Assembly: GCA_963733195.1 (NCBI GenBank)
Contig: CAVTCR010000065.1
Location: forward strand, 64,001 to 128,000
Source of the DNA: an uncultured delta proteobacterium
GTDB lineage: Bacteria; Desulfobacterota; Binatia; Bin18
DNA: 64,000 nucleotides
Reading direction: 5' to 3'
The translations under genes were made by a program, and so were the position numbers. Below the pieces are notes generated by a model, which saw only the letters and a list, made by a program, of their open reading frames with translations, was not told the DNA's origin and did not search any database. Shown in pieces: positions 1 through 9,578 of the stretch. Every line of letters begins with the position of its first letter. Position 1 is the first letter of the stretch.

Positions 1-1
1 A

Positions 2-721
2 CATCCGTGCGACAGGAGCCATCACTGCTGCGCCCATGACACCGGGCGGCGCGTGGGCCGACGACGGGCCGGCGTTGCTGCGCCTCTGGCCATGTGGCTC
101 GACCTCACGCTGCTCAATCGCACGGGACTCACCCAGGTGTTGGAGCGCTATGCGCTGCCGCTGGAGGTGACCACGTACTTTCAGCTCAAGTTTCAATCAC
201 CAAAAGTGATTGCGGTGGATCGTGCCGTGTTTCTGGTCACCGCTGTCGTTGCACCGTCGCCGCGCCAGCTCTTTGTTCTCCATGAGCTGAAGCTCTGTGT
301 CACGCCGACCCTGGTTGCCGGGCTCTATGCGCATGTCCTACGTACCCAGTCGCCGATCGGGTCGATTCTCAGTCAACCTGTAGACTTGTCATCAGGAGGG
401 GTGGCTCGATTTGTGTGGGAGGTGCTGGACGGCGTCGTGGCGTCATACGAGGCTGTGGCCACAACGATCTCCAACCATGGACTAGCGCGGAAAGGAACCG
501 AGGACCTGGGCGTGTGGCAGCAACGCGTAGCGGCATTGGTGGAGGTGATCGGGCAGCAACAGGTGTTTCTCTACAACGTGGCGCGCGCAGGACGTAAGGT
601 TGGCGTAGATGCACAGCAGGAGAAGCGCGCAGCGTTGGACACCCGTCTTGAGCGGCTGATGGGGATCATCAGTGATGTGAGGCAAACAGAACGGGATATG
701 CTCCCGCGTTTCGACACGTGA
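2..721 (+). CDS. CorA/ZntB-like cytoplasmic-domain protein, no transmembrane GMN segment (5' end may lie outside the window)
   Basis: Frame open from position 2. WLDL...P(KV)...ELKLCV...VWEVLDGVVASYE pattern resembles the CorA soluble funnel domain. Ends without hydrophobic helices or GMN. Confidence 0.4.
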   Translation, partial: HPCDRSHHCCAHDTGRRVGRRRAGVAAPLAMWLDLTLLNRTGLTQVLERYALPLEVTTYFQLKFQSPKVIAVDRAVFLVTAVVAPSPRQLFVLHELKLCVTPTLVAGLYAHVLRTQSPIGSILSQPVDLSSGGVARFVWEVLDGVVASYEAVATTISNHGLARKGTEDLGVWQQRVAALVEVIGQQQVFLYNVARAGRKVGVDAQQEKRAALDTRLERLMGIISDVRQTERDMLPRFDT

Positions 722-929
722 AATCAACCAACGAGGAGCACACCAGTGAAAGCGTGGGCGGATGCGGTAGCGCGGTTGGACATCCAATGTACCGATTGCC
801 GATCCGGATTGTGCGGAGCGAATCGCTTGTCTATGACGAGAAGCACCATATCGAACAGCATGTGACGCAGTACGCGTGAGGTCGTTGCGCGTGCGTAAAC
901 GGGCACCACGCAAGCATGCTTACGGGTGG

Positions 930-1500
930 TGCGAGAGCGGTGGAGAGCGCGATCACGAAGAAAACACGGTTGTCATAAGCGGCAACGCAAGAGAGGGAGT
1001 GGAATCGTTATTGCAGCAGGTGGTGTACGTCAAAGAGTTGCTCGAACATGCGTTCGAGGAGTTTGCGCTGAAAGCGCATCATCACCGTGTCACCCTCCGT
1101 TTTATCGCTGGCTGAGACCTTGCCGACCATCATCGTGGATCGCATCCTTCTTATCCGGACACTCCACGTTGCTGATTGATCGCGCATTGGAGGTGACGGC
1201 AGTGGGTGGCGTCGTCGTCCGCGCGAAACGCACAGCGGGTGAGGTCGTGATTGGAGTTGATGATGGTGGGCCGTGGGTGTCGCCACGCGATGTCCCACGG
1301 CTCTTTCTCCCGGGCTCGGCAGAAACAGACCTGCTCGCGGCGGCTGACCTGGCGCGGCAGTTAGGTGGCAGGCTGAGTGCGTCAGGCGGACGGAAACAAC
1401 TCGGCCTACGGGTCAGGCTGCTCGTGCCAACTGCTGCCCGCGCGTGGCGCAGCGCCGGCACGAGAGAGCGTAGGCGATGCCGAAACGCAAGGACAATAAG
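930..1500 (+). CDS. degenerate histidine-kinase-like HATPase domain protein (frameshifted, boundaries approximate)
   Basis: Stitched from ORFs 876..1115 (KELLEHAFEEFALKA..VTLRF) and 926..1735 (LLIDRALEVT..VIGVDDGGPWVS..LFLP..LARQLGGRLS..LRVRLLVP). HATPase_c topology, but N-box Asn and G2 box are lost. Confidence 0.5.
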
Positions 1501-1540
1501 TCGCCACGGTGACGCGCAGGCGAGAGACATGACCGCAAGA

Positions 1541-1735
1541 ATGACCATGCACTGGCTGGATGTGCTTTGCCAACATTGGGACCAGCTCTCTGAAGAGACC
1601 CGAGCGCAGGTCCAGCAGTATGACTTTTGGTGTCTGATAGCCGAGCAGCAGAGCAGGAACGAAGTCCCGGACCTCGCGCGTCAGCTTGAGGACACATTGC
1701 AACGACACGCCCGGACATTCGGGTGGAAACCATAA
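1541..1735 (+). CDS. small Trp-motif protein, paralog 1
   Basis: C-terminal part of ORF 926..1735: MTMHWLDVLCQHWDQLSEETRAQVQQY...QLEDTLQRHARTFGWKP. Aligns end to end with 5416..5604. Confidence 0.65.
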   Translation: MTMHWLDVLCQHWDQLSEETRAQVQQYDFWCLIAEQQSRNEVPDLARQLEDTLQRHARTFGWKP

Positions 1736-1742
1736 GGACACA

Positions 1743-2027
1743 ATGATGGACAGAGTCGTACGCTTTCCGGCGCAGGGACGCAGCCGCGCCACACTATCAA
1801 CGTCCCAACACGAGCAACTGCGGCTCAAAGACTCTGCAAACCTGCTTCAGGCCCTCACCATTGTCACAGAGGCCCGCGACGCGTTCTTGACGTTTGCCGA
1901 AGGGACGCAGAAGCCAGCGGTCTTCGCAACGTTTATTCATCTGGCCCATGCCATGGACCAGGCCGGGGCAGAGATTTACAGGATGCTGCATCAGGAGGGA
2001 GATAACGATCCTCCGTGTTGTGCGTGA
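1743..2027 (+). CDS. hypothetical helical protein
   Basis: AAGGA RBS just before ATG at 1743, directly after the previous stop. 94 aa. Confidence 0.55.
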   Translation: MMDRVVRFPAQGRSRATLSTSQHEQLRLKDSANLLQALTIVTEARDAFLTFAEGTQKPAVFATFIHLAHAMDQAGAEIYRMLHQEGDNDPPCCA

Positions 2028-2146
2028 GGAGAGAGCTGCATGCATCTCTGTATCTATCGTTCGCCGTCATGTCTGATGTGGGTGTCTACATTCATGGCCG
2101 TCACGGGCCGCAGTACTGAGTACACAACGGCAAGCTCCGACCAATG

Positions 2147-2199
2147 TGCCAGAATGGCAGTTTTTTAGCAGAAAACAGTACCAAAGTGCAGAAGTGGCA
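2147..2199. promoter_or_regulatory. putative bacterial enhancer-binding-protein sites (UAS)
   Basis: Palindrome TGCCAGAATGGCA (2147-2159) and a related TGCAGAAGTGGCA (2187-2199), 130-180 bp upstream of a sigma54 motif. Confidence 0.45.
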
Positions 2200-2325
2200 G
2201 TACGTGTTGAGGTTGCTATTCATAACATGCTGAAAATGTCACTGTCGGCAGGATACGCAACCCGCGTAGCCACCGTTGCGCACGGCATTTGTTGATGCGG
2301 CAGGATCTCCGCCCGCTGCTGCCAC

Positions 2326-2341
2326 TGGCACGGTGTATGCT
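2326..2341 (+). promoter_or_regulatory. sigma54 (-24/-12) promoter
   Basis: TGGCACGGTGTATGCT matches TGGCACG-N4-TTGC(A/T) with one mismatch and exact GG/GC spacing. Intergenic, upstream of the malic-enzyme-like gene. Confidence 0.65.
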
Positions 2342-2465
2342 CTCGTTACTGAATATGGCGAGGACGTATGGTAATCCACTGATCAGATCTGACCCAGGAT
2401 GCGGCGACAGGACGTACATGAGTGAACACGAACACAGAACATCGACACCTCGGATATGGAAAAGC

Positions 2466-3844
2466 ATGGAGAAGCTCATGAATAACAATCAGGGAGATCG
2501 GGTGATCAAACAGATCCGCCTTTCGCTGCCGAACGCGACTGGGGCGCTCTCGACGGTCACCACAGCCGTGAGTGGTGCCGGGGGGATCGTCGGCGAGGTG
2601 CGCACCCTGCACAACCATGCACAGCGGCGCGTGGTGCAACTGAACATCCTTGCTGACAAGCGAGCAACAATGGGCGGCAATTAGGCAGGCACTCATGAGG
2701 CTGGAGCACGTACAGGTTGACGCGGAAACCGATCCGATGCTCGATGCGCATCGCGGTGGTCTCATTGGCGTCCAGTCTATCGTCCCGTTTCGTAGTGAAG
2801 AGGACTTCACTACATTCTACACCTCGGGCGCGATAAGCACGGCACGAACGATTGCCCAGTCGCCGCACTTGGTGCCGTGGTACACCGCGATTCCATGCTT
2901 GGTGGCGCTAGTCACCAATGGTGAGAATGTCCCGCACCTCGGGGAGATTGATCCACGTGCGATGATGCCGCTGTTGGAAGGCAAAGCCGTGCTTCTTAAT
3001 ACCATGCTCATGTTGTCGGGGGTGCCGATTCTGCTGGACACACGAGATCCGCACGAGATCGTACGCACGCTTGCCCATATTGCACCGACCTTTGCGGCGA
3101 TCTCCATGGAAGGGATCGCCGCGCCGGCCTGTTTAGCGGTGGAGGAGGCGCTCGTGGCACAGTTACGGCAACCGGTCTGGCACGATGATCAGCATGGGGT
3201 AGCCGTGGTTGTCCTTGCGGCACTGCTCACGCTGGCGAAGCACTCGCAACAGCCACACACACGGATACACGTAGGCGTGGTAGGCTTGGGTGCTTCTGGC
3301 ATTGGCATTGCCAGGCTGCTGCGCGTGGCAGGCGTCCGACAGAGTATGGGGCACTGATCCGCACGAAGACGGGTGCCAACGTTTGACGGAGCTTGGCGGC
3401 AATGCCACCACCGTAGAGGAGATCATGCGCGAAGCGGACGTGATAGTTGTCACCAGCGGGGCTCCGGGTTTCCTCCGAGCCGGAGCTGGTGCGGAGAGGG
3501 CAAACGCTCATTGCCCTCTCTTCTTTCACCCCGAGCTCGCAGAGGCAGAGTGCGCTGCCGAGGCACAGTACATCGCAGATGACCAGCGGCTCATCAGTGC
3601 ACTCGTCTTTCCGGGACTCATACGCGGCGCTCTTGATGCCCGCAGTACCCGCATCACGGATGCGATGAAAATTGCGGCGGCAGTGGCGATTACCCATCAC
3701 AGCCGAGGCGCTGATCTCCTGCCCTCGGTGTTGGACCCGGCTCTGCATCTCCACGTGGCACACGCTGTCCAGGACTGCGCCGCACGAGAACAAATAGAGC
3801 CAGACCGTAGTCCGACAACTGGCCTGCCTCTGGAGAAGGAGTAA
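2466..3844 (+). CDS. ACT-domain NAD(P)-dependent malic-enzyme-like protein, divergent (frameshifted)
   Basis: ACT-like N-terminus (IRLSLPNATGALSTVTTAVSGAGG), MPLLEGKAVL, PVWHDDQHG, GLGASGIG, LVFPGLIRGALD..AMKIAAA..LLPSVLD, across ORFs 2289.., 2650.. and 3290.. Confidence 0.8.
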
Positions 3845-3848
3845 CACC

Positions 3849-4007
3849 ATGTCACACGATGACGACTGGCTCAAACAACTGCTGAGGCAATGGACGACGC
3901 TCTCTCTGGATGTGCGCGAGCAACTGCACCTGTCTATGCAGCTTGCTCTGGGCGACCGTAAAAATCAGTGTCGCTTGGAGCAGAAACGGAAACTGGCTCG
4001 CGGATAG
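3849..4007 (+). CDS. small Trp-motif protein, paralog 2 (not in ORF track, 3' half possibly frameshifted)
   Basis: Manual translation MSHDDDWLKQLLRQWTTLSLDVREQLHL..., preceded by AAGGAG. Same W-x3-L-x2-W-x2-LS motif. Confidence 0.5.
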   Translation: MSHDDDWLKQLLRQWTTLSLDVREQLHLSMQLALGDRKNQCRLEQKRKLARG

Positions 4008-4128
4008 CCCAACGCCTGTTCACTGATGCAGCAAATAGCAATGCCCACTGCTGAACAAGCAAGCGTAAGACGACAACATTAGTGCGTAAGAGAGGAAACT
4101 CGTTAGTGCCCGTACGACGGAGGGATAT

Positions 4129-4461
4129 ATGGCACACGATCTGCGTGTGATCTTGACAAGGACGGAAAGGCGGACCGCACTGATTGGGAAATGGTTTTGC
4201 GGGGTGCGATTTACCAAGGTGGATCTGGCGGAAGCGGTCTTCAATAAGGCCGACCTGGAAGGGACGACCTTTGTCCTGACGGATTTATATGGCGCAGATT
4301 TCTGTCACACCAATCTGCGCCAGGCAACATTCTGCTTATGTGACCTACATGGTGTGGACTTGACCGATGCGTGTTTGGCAGGAACGACGTTTCGTGGCTG
4401 CCTCGGTCTCTCGCCAGCTACCTGTGCCTACATTCATGCGCACGGCGGCCTGGTACTGTAA
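4129..4461 (+). CDS. pentapeptide repeat protein
   Basis: VDLAE AVFNK ADLEG TTFVL TDLYG ADFCH TNLRQ ATFCL CDLHG VDLTD ACLAG. GGAGG RBS. Confidence 0.85.
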   Translation: MAHDLRVILTRTERRTALIGKWFCGVRFTKVDLAEAVFNKADLEGTTFVLTDLYGADFCHTNLRQATFCLCDLHGVDLTDACLAGTTFRGCLGLSPATCAYIHAHGGLVL

Positions 4462-4532
4462 GACCCAGGGAGAAGGGGGTACCCGGGAGAGGATTGGCTG
4501 TACGTCCGCTCAGAGAAAGGAAACCCGTTGCT

Positions 4533-5313
4533 ATGACTCCAGCACTTTTGCAACCCACGATGGTTCAGGATAACGACGGTGGAGACGCAGCTCACTGCCC
4601 TGGTGCAGGGGAGACATAACGTCCATCGTTTGTTGCAACATACCTGCCTGTTGGAACGGCGGCTGCGGGGCGGTGGAGAGCCGACCGATCTGCTACTGCT
4701 TGTGCCAGACATAAAGTTTGCGGTTGAAGAACTCCAAACACTCCTCCAATTTGCTGAGCAAGCAGTATTGCCAGCGCGTCGTAGCGGAGCGCGTACGGCA
4801 GATAAACGAGAACCCCATCCTCCTACTCGGCGACGGCGTGTCGAACTTGGGCCATTGCTCACTCGCTGTGTTTCGGCAGCACGACAGCGATTGCACGGCA
4901 ACGGCGCGTCCGTGCTCTTCCACATTGCTGTTGACCTTCCAGTCTTGACTACCAATCCGGAGACAGTGAGGCACATCCTTTCTTTGCTGTTCGAGCACGC
5001 AATCACGGCGAGTGGAAGAGAAGAGCGAGAAGTGCACGTGCAGTGGACCAACGAGACGTTAGTCGTCGACATCGACGACGCTGGACGAGGGCTCGCTCAA
5101 GAGACCTATACGAGGACTGCGTCAGTTGGTCGAGCAATTAGACGGGACGTTCAGAGTCTCCCACGAACTCGGACAACGGTCGCGTGTAGAACTCACCTTC
5201 GCTCCAGCTGCCCCGAGCGGAAGTGCGGTGGGTCCGGTGGTTCCCCTCCACCGGAAGGGACACGGATGCTGAACAAGAGAGTGGTTATTAATTGGACTGC
5301 TCCTGCCTGGTAG
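4533..5313 (+). CDS. second degenerate histidine-kinase-like HATPase protein (likely frameshifted)
   Basis: RRVELGPLL..FHIAVDLPVLTTNPETVRHILSLLFEHAI..VHVQW..LVVDIDDAGRGL. HATPase-like, with no N-box Asn and no recognisable H-box. Confidence 0.55.
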
Positions 5314-5415
5314 TGGAGATATGGAACAGCGCAACGGGCCGAAGCCGCGGTCCAAAAAATGGAAGAGCGGGTTACTAAACGGATGAGGAAATAGCCGTAA
5401 GCAAGAGGAACCGCT

Positions 5416-5604
5416 ATGACGTGGTTTGATGTGCTCCTTGAGCACTGGTCGGATCTGTCTGTTGAGGTGCAAAAGAAAGTGCACGAGTATCACGAGTTGC
5501 ACGCTGCGGCGGGGCAGTTCGGCAGATGGTTTCTACCGGAGCGAGTGTGGCAGCTTGAGCAGGAATTACAAGTGGAAGCCCGCAAACTCGGCTGGCGCTG
5601 GTAA
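5416..5604 (+). CDS. small Trp-motif protein, paralog 3
   Basis: MTWFDVLLEHWSDLSVEVQKKVHEY...PERVWQLEQELQVEARKLGWRW. GAGGA RBS. Confidence 0.7.
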   Translation: MTWFDVLLEHWSDLSVEVQKKVHEYHELHAAAGQFGRWFLPERVWQLEQELQVEARKLGWRW

Positions 5605-5626
5605 CAACGGGTCCCTGTGACAGTGT

Positions 5627-5986
5627 GTGATGTTACCAAGAAGGCGTCCAGAGAAGGTCAAGGCTATAAACGACGAGGAAGCACTATTGTTTGAGATCAA
5701 ACCGGTTGCCATGTTTGTGGATCGGGGGACGGTCGTGTCGCGGGAATTTATGTCTCACGATGGCCGTGTGATAGCCGGTTATCGTGCGCGTCCAGGCGTG
5801 GTTGGATTTCCCGCTTGGACGCGTTTAGGTGACTTGGTGACTGGACATCGCGAGACGGGCCGTCAGTGGTTCTCTACAGGGGTAGCCGCTTACCTCTGGG
5901 TTTTGTCGCGCGTGAACGGCTGGCACGAATTGTCACCGGTTCCTACGGCTATCTCCGGTGGCACACAATCAACGTGGCAGAAGTAG
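5627..5986 (+). CDS. hypothetical protein
   Basis: 119-aa ORF in operon orientation. No recognised motif. Confidence 0.4.
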   Translation: MMLPRRRPEKVKAINDEEALLFEIKPVAMFVDRGTVVSREFMSHDGRVIAGYRARPGVVGFPAWTRLGDLVTGHRETGRQWFSTGVAAYLWVLSRVNGWHELSPVPTAISGGTQSTWQK

Positions 5987-6109
5987 CGTGAGCGAACACA
6001 GAGAGCTTCAGAGGCAAGGATGCTTGTCTTTCAAGGCGTTTCATGTCGTGAGGTCGAGCACAAAGCGCCATAAATTGAATAGTGTCTCGCCTGAGAAAGG
6101 AGTCGACTG

Positions 6110-6937
6110 ATGACTGAAACATTACCCCGCCTGTTGACGCTACAAGCCTGTGACCAGCGCATCCGAGAGGCGTTGCATACCCTCGAGAGCCTACGAGCCT
6201 CGCTGGCTGTCCTAACAGAGCAAGCAGTTGCCAACGCGCAAGATATGCAAGCCTGCCACGATACAATCCTGGAGGCCACACAGGCGCGTGACGCGCTCGC
6301 CACGCAGCGTGATCAGATCAAAGATCAATTGCGAGAGAAAAAGCGTAGCGAGCATCGTCGCGGTGCTGGAAAGGTGAAAGAGTTCATCCAACAAGAGATT
6401 GCGCTTCTGGACGCGCAGAAGGCTGCCATAGAGGAGGAACTGCGTACCGTGGAGGTGCAGATCACTGAAGACAGCGCCACACTCCACCAGGCTGAAGAAG
6501 CTGCTCCGACGCAGGCGGAGGAACGGCAACGTACTACCGCTGCACTGCTCGATCAGATTGCCGCTACACAAGAAGTGCTCCGCGCGGCGCAAGAGGAGCG
6601 TAGCGCACTGACCTCAGGCATCATGCCGTTCGTTCTCTATAAATATGAGCGGATCTCCGCCCATCGCGGTGGCGTCGCCGTGGTGGCGATCGCACATGAG
6701 ACGTGTCAAGGGTGTCACCTGCACGTGCCAGCGCACCTCTGTCTTGAACTGCAGAAAACCCTCAGACTCGCGTTTTGTCCCAATTGTCATCGTATTGTCT
6801 TTGTGGCGAACGAGGCTCCGATTGCATCGCCGCCCTCCCACCGACCTGCCGCGACCAAACGCCGCACGCCCCGTCCACAACGCTACACGCGGGCGGCAGC
6901 GTGCAACAGCGAAACGATCCCAGCGACAAGTAGCTGA
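6110..6937 (+). CDS. coiled-coil C4-type zinc-ribbon protein (DUF164 / HP0958-CT398 family)
   Basis: LLTLQACD, long coiled coil, YERI..GVAVV..CQGCHL..CPNCHRIV. AAGGAG RBS. Confidence 0.88.
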   Translation: MTETLPRLLTLQACDQRIREALHTLESLRASLAVLTEQAVANAQDMQACHDTILEATQARDALATQRDQIKDQLREKKRSEHRRGAGKVKEFIQQEIALLDAQKAAIEEELRTVEVQITEDSATLHQAEEAAPTQAEERQRTTAALLDQIAATQEVLRAAQEERSALTSGIMPFVLYKYERISAHRGGVAVVAIAHETCQGCHLHVPAHLCLELQKTLRLAFCPNCHRIVFVANEAPIASPPSHRPAATKRRTPRPQRYTRAAACNSETIPATSS

Positions 6938-6992
6938 ATTGAACAAGTTTGCCGTGAGTGTAGCGAGAGAACACTGCGATGGAAAATTGCGA

Positions 6993-7670
6993 TTATCCCC
7001 ACTTCCCGCGTCGGGTTGGGAATGCCAGCGCGTGCTCTAGGCGCTGCAAAAATTCTTTTCGTGATATCTCGTGACTCCCTAAGCGCTGCAAGTGTGGGTT
7101 GGTGATTTGGCAGTCGATGAGTGTGAACTCCCATGCCTGTAGTTGTTGGGACAACGTCGCAAAGGCAACTTTTGAAGCGTTGGTCTCATGTTTGAACATC
7201 GACTCACCAAAGAACGCGCGCCCCAGGCTGACACCATACATGCCCCCAGCGAGTTGCCCATCCAGCCATGCCTCGACCGAATGAGCAAACCCCGCTTCAT
7301 GTAACGCACAGTAGGCTTCGATCATTTCTGAGACGATCCAGGTTCCTTGTCCTTGCTCAATACGCGTTTCGGCACAGGCACGGATAACCTCGGGGAAGGC
7401 TTCATCGAATGACACGACAAAACGCCCTTGCCGTAAGAGGCGTTGTAAACTGCGTGAGACATGAAACTCGGCGGGTTTCATGATGCAGCGCTGTGGCGGA
7501 CTCCACCATAAGATCGGTGTGTCGTCTTCGTACCAGGGAAAGATTCCTAATTGATAAGCAAGTAAGAGACGTTCAACACTGAGATCACCACCGATAGCAA
7601 GTAAACCATCAGGATTTGCCCGTTCTGGATGGGGAAAGCGGAGGGCATTAGTCAGTCGGTATACTGTCAT
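6993..7670 (-). CDS. aat: leucyl/phenylalanyl-tRNA--protein transferase
   Basis: GLLAIGGDLS..AYQLGIFPW..WWSP..AHSVE..GGMYGV..FFGESMF..ASKVA..IDCQ. Confidence 0.97.
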   Translation of the reverse strand: MTVYRLTNALRFPHPERANPDGLLAIGGDLSVERLLLAYQLGIFPWYEDDTPILWWSPPQRCIMKPAEFHVSRSLQRLLRQGRFVVSFDEAFPEVIRACAETRIEQGQGTWIVSEMIEAYCALHEAGFAHSVEAWLDGQLAGGMYGVSLGRAFFGESMFKHETNASKVAFATLSQQLQAWEFTLIDCQITNPHLQRLGSHEISRKEFLQRLEHALAFPTRRGKWG

Positions 7671-7819
7671 GGTGTTCGCACAGGGTGTTTGGAAATGGCT
7701 TTGTCAAACAGTGATGATCATAGTACTGTATCATGACATCTTATCCCATCGTCGGGAAATCCGGTTACACTGTCAATCACTGTCTCAGTAGAGACGCAAG
7801 TGTTGCATCCACCGGTAGG

Positions 7820-8020
7820 TTAGGCACGGTCGAGGGCGCGGTTGAAAAGTTCGAGTTGCTCTTCTGGAGAGAGTGCAGGAGCTTCCGGTTGTACACTCGT
7901 TTGTGGAGGTGGAGTTAGTGGTACGTTGGACGTGCGTCCCAGCGTAGCGCATTGGGTTGTCAAAAAAAGGAAGGGAAGTAAGAGCAGGGAGGAGGAAAAA
8001 TATCGACCGCTCGTATTCAC
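7820..8020 (-). CDS. short secreted or lipoprotein-like ORF, possibly truncated
   Basis: Hydrophobic signal followed by Cys and a Pro-rich linker. Only 66 aa. Confidence 0.35.
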   Translation of the reverse strand: MNTSGRYFSSSLLLLPFLFLTTQCATLGRTSNVPLTPPPQTSVQPEAPALSPEEQLELFNRALDRA

Positions 8021-8091
8021 GGTGTTTTCATTTTCCGCTTATTGTAGGTAAGGATAACGGTAAAAAAACCAGAGAGCAGAAAACCTCCTTA

Positions 8092-8349
8092 TTACTCTCT
8101 CGTCTTTTCCTCTTTTGTTTTCAGTTCAGCGTCGTGTTCATGAATAAAGGACCGAATATCCTCGGCCATATCCAGCAACTTGGTCCATTGTTCCTTGTAC
8201 AACGTCACAGGAAAACGTCCCAAGCCGTAGACGGAGACTCCACCTTTTTCGCTGACTTTCATCGAAACCCCTTTTGACCCACGCGATTTTAAGGCAGCGT
8301 TTTCTGCTTTGAGTCTTTCAAGTTCAGCACGCAAATCATCCTCTGCCAT
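8092..8349 (-). CDS. conserved small hypothetical protein (coiled coil + KVSEKGGVSVYGLGRFPVTLY)
   Basis: AAGGAGG RBS before ATG 8349. I recognise the motif from a widespread uncharacterised family. Confidence 0.8.
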   Translation of the reverse strand: MAEDDLRAELERLKAENAALKSRGSKGVSMKVSEKGGVSVYGLGRFPVTLYKEQWTKLLDMAEDIRSFIHEHDAELKTKEEKTRE

Positions 8350-8377
8350 AGGAACCTCCTTCTTGCTGTTGTCGTTT

Positions 8378-9463
8378 CTACAAAGAGGACCGTTGTGCGA
8401 CTTCCTGAGCGGTTTCCGCGAGAAAGACCGCTCGTTGGCTAAAGTCACTCAAGAGTTCGTCCTGGAGTTGACCGTTTTGATAGAGCACAAAGAGTTGCAT
8501 ACACACAGTTGCAGTTTTCCACAAGGCGAACGTTTCATAAAAAGAAATAGCGCTGACATCGCGCCCACTCTGTTTGGCATAACGCTCAATGACCTCTGCG
8601 CGGGTGTAAAATCCCGGCAGATCGTTTGGCGCCCGCGACAAGTATTTTCGTGCGGGTGGGTCGTTGGGCTCGGTCCAATAGTTGAGCAGTAAGCCAAGAT
8701 CGACCAGAGGGTCACCAAGGGTGCATTGATCCCAATCAAATATGGCAATGATCCGGGCAATATCGTTGGGATCGACCATCATATTGTCGAGCTTATAGTC
8801 GTTGTGGAGGAGCGTCGGTGCAGACGAGCGTGGGATACGGTTTAACAACCAACGGCTCAGTTCGTCCATGAGCGGAATCTCTCTGGCGGTTTTCACACGC
8901 TCCCAGCGTTTGCTCCAACTGTTGACTTGCCGTTCGACGAAGCCCTCAGGTTTCCCTAGCGTTTCTAAGCCCACGGTTTTGTAATCTATAGCGTGAAAGG
9001 CGACGAGGGTGTCGATCATCGCCTCACTCAGACGGCGATACAGCACAGGCTGGTTAAGGTAGACTGGCGGCATCTCTTTATGGATGACCAGGCCTCGTCG
9101 CCGCTCCATGACAAAGAACGGAGCCCCTAAGACACTGACATCATCACAGAAAAAGAACGGTCGAGAGGCAGGAGAAAAGACCGGAGACAGCGCTGACAGT
9201 ACGCGAAACTCTCGGGCCATGTCATACGCACCCGGCGCGAGCGGGCCACTTGGAGGACGTCGCAAGACGTATTCGTGAGGCCCGAAGTTAATGAGATAGG
9301 TGAGATTGGCGCGACCACCAGCAAATTGCACGACTTCGAGCGGGCCATCTGTATATGGCAACCGCTCGCGTAAAAAGGGCTCAAGGATGTGAAGGTCAAG
9401 AACCGCTTCTGGTCGCACTGCGACTGTCTCTGGTTCTGTCCATCCTGTAGGCGTATGTGTCAT
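8378..9463 (-). CDS. phosphotransferase family protein (APH / ACAD10-11 N-terminal-like)
   Basis: GGRANLTY..VLRRPP..DMAREFRVL..PFFVME..LLHNDYKLDN..IFDWD..GDPLVDLG. Confidence 0.92.
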   Translation of the reverse strand: MTHTPTGWTEPETVAVRPEAVLDLHILEPFLRERLPYTDGPLEVVQFAGGRANLTYLINFGPHEYVLRRPPSGPLAPGAYDMAREFRVLSALSPVFSPASRPFFFCDDVSVLGAPFFVMERRRGLVIHKEMPPVYLNQPVLYRRLSEAMIDTLVAFHAIDYKTVGLETLGKPEGFVERQVNSWSKRWERVKTAREIPLMDELSRWLLNRIPRSSAPTLLHNDYKLDNMMVDPNDIARIIAIFDWDQCTLGDPLVDLGLLLNYWTEPNDPPARKYLSRAPNDLPGFYTRAEVIERYAKQSGRDVSAISFYETFALWKTATVCMQLFVLYQNGQLQDELLSDFSQRAVFLAETAQEVAQRSSL

Positions 9464-9578
9464 CCGAATACGTTCCTCAATCGGACGTGCTCTTTATCAT
9501 GGCAAGAACGGAGAATCCAGGAGTCGGAGCATAGAAGAAAACAGCCCGTACTCTACCAGTCACACAGCATACAAGTAT

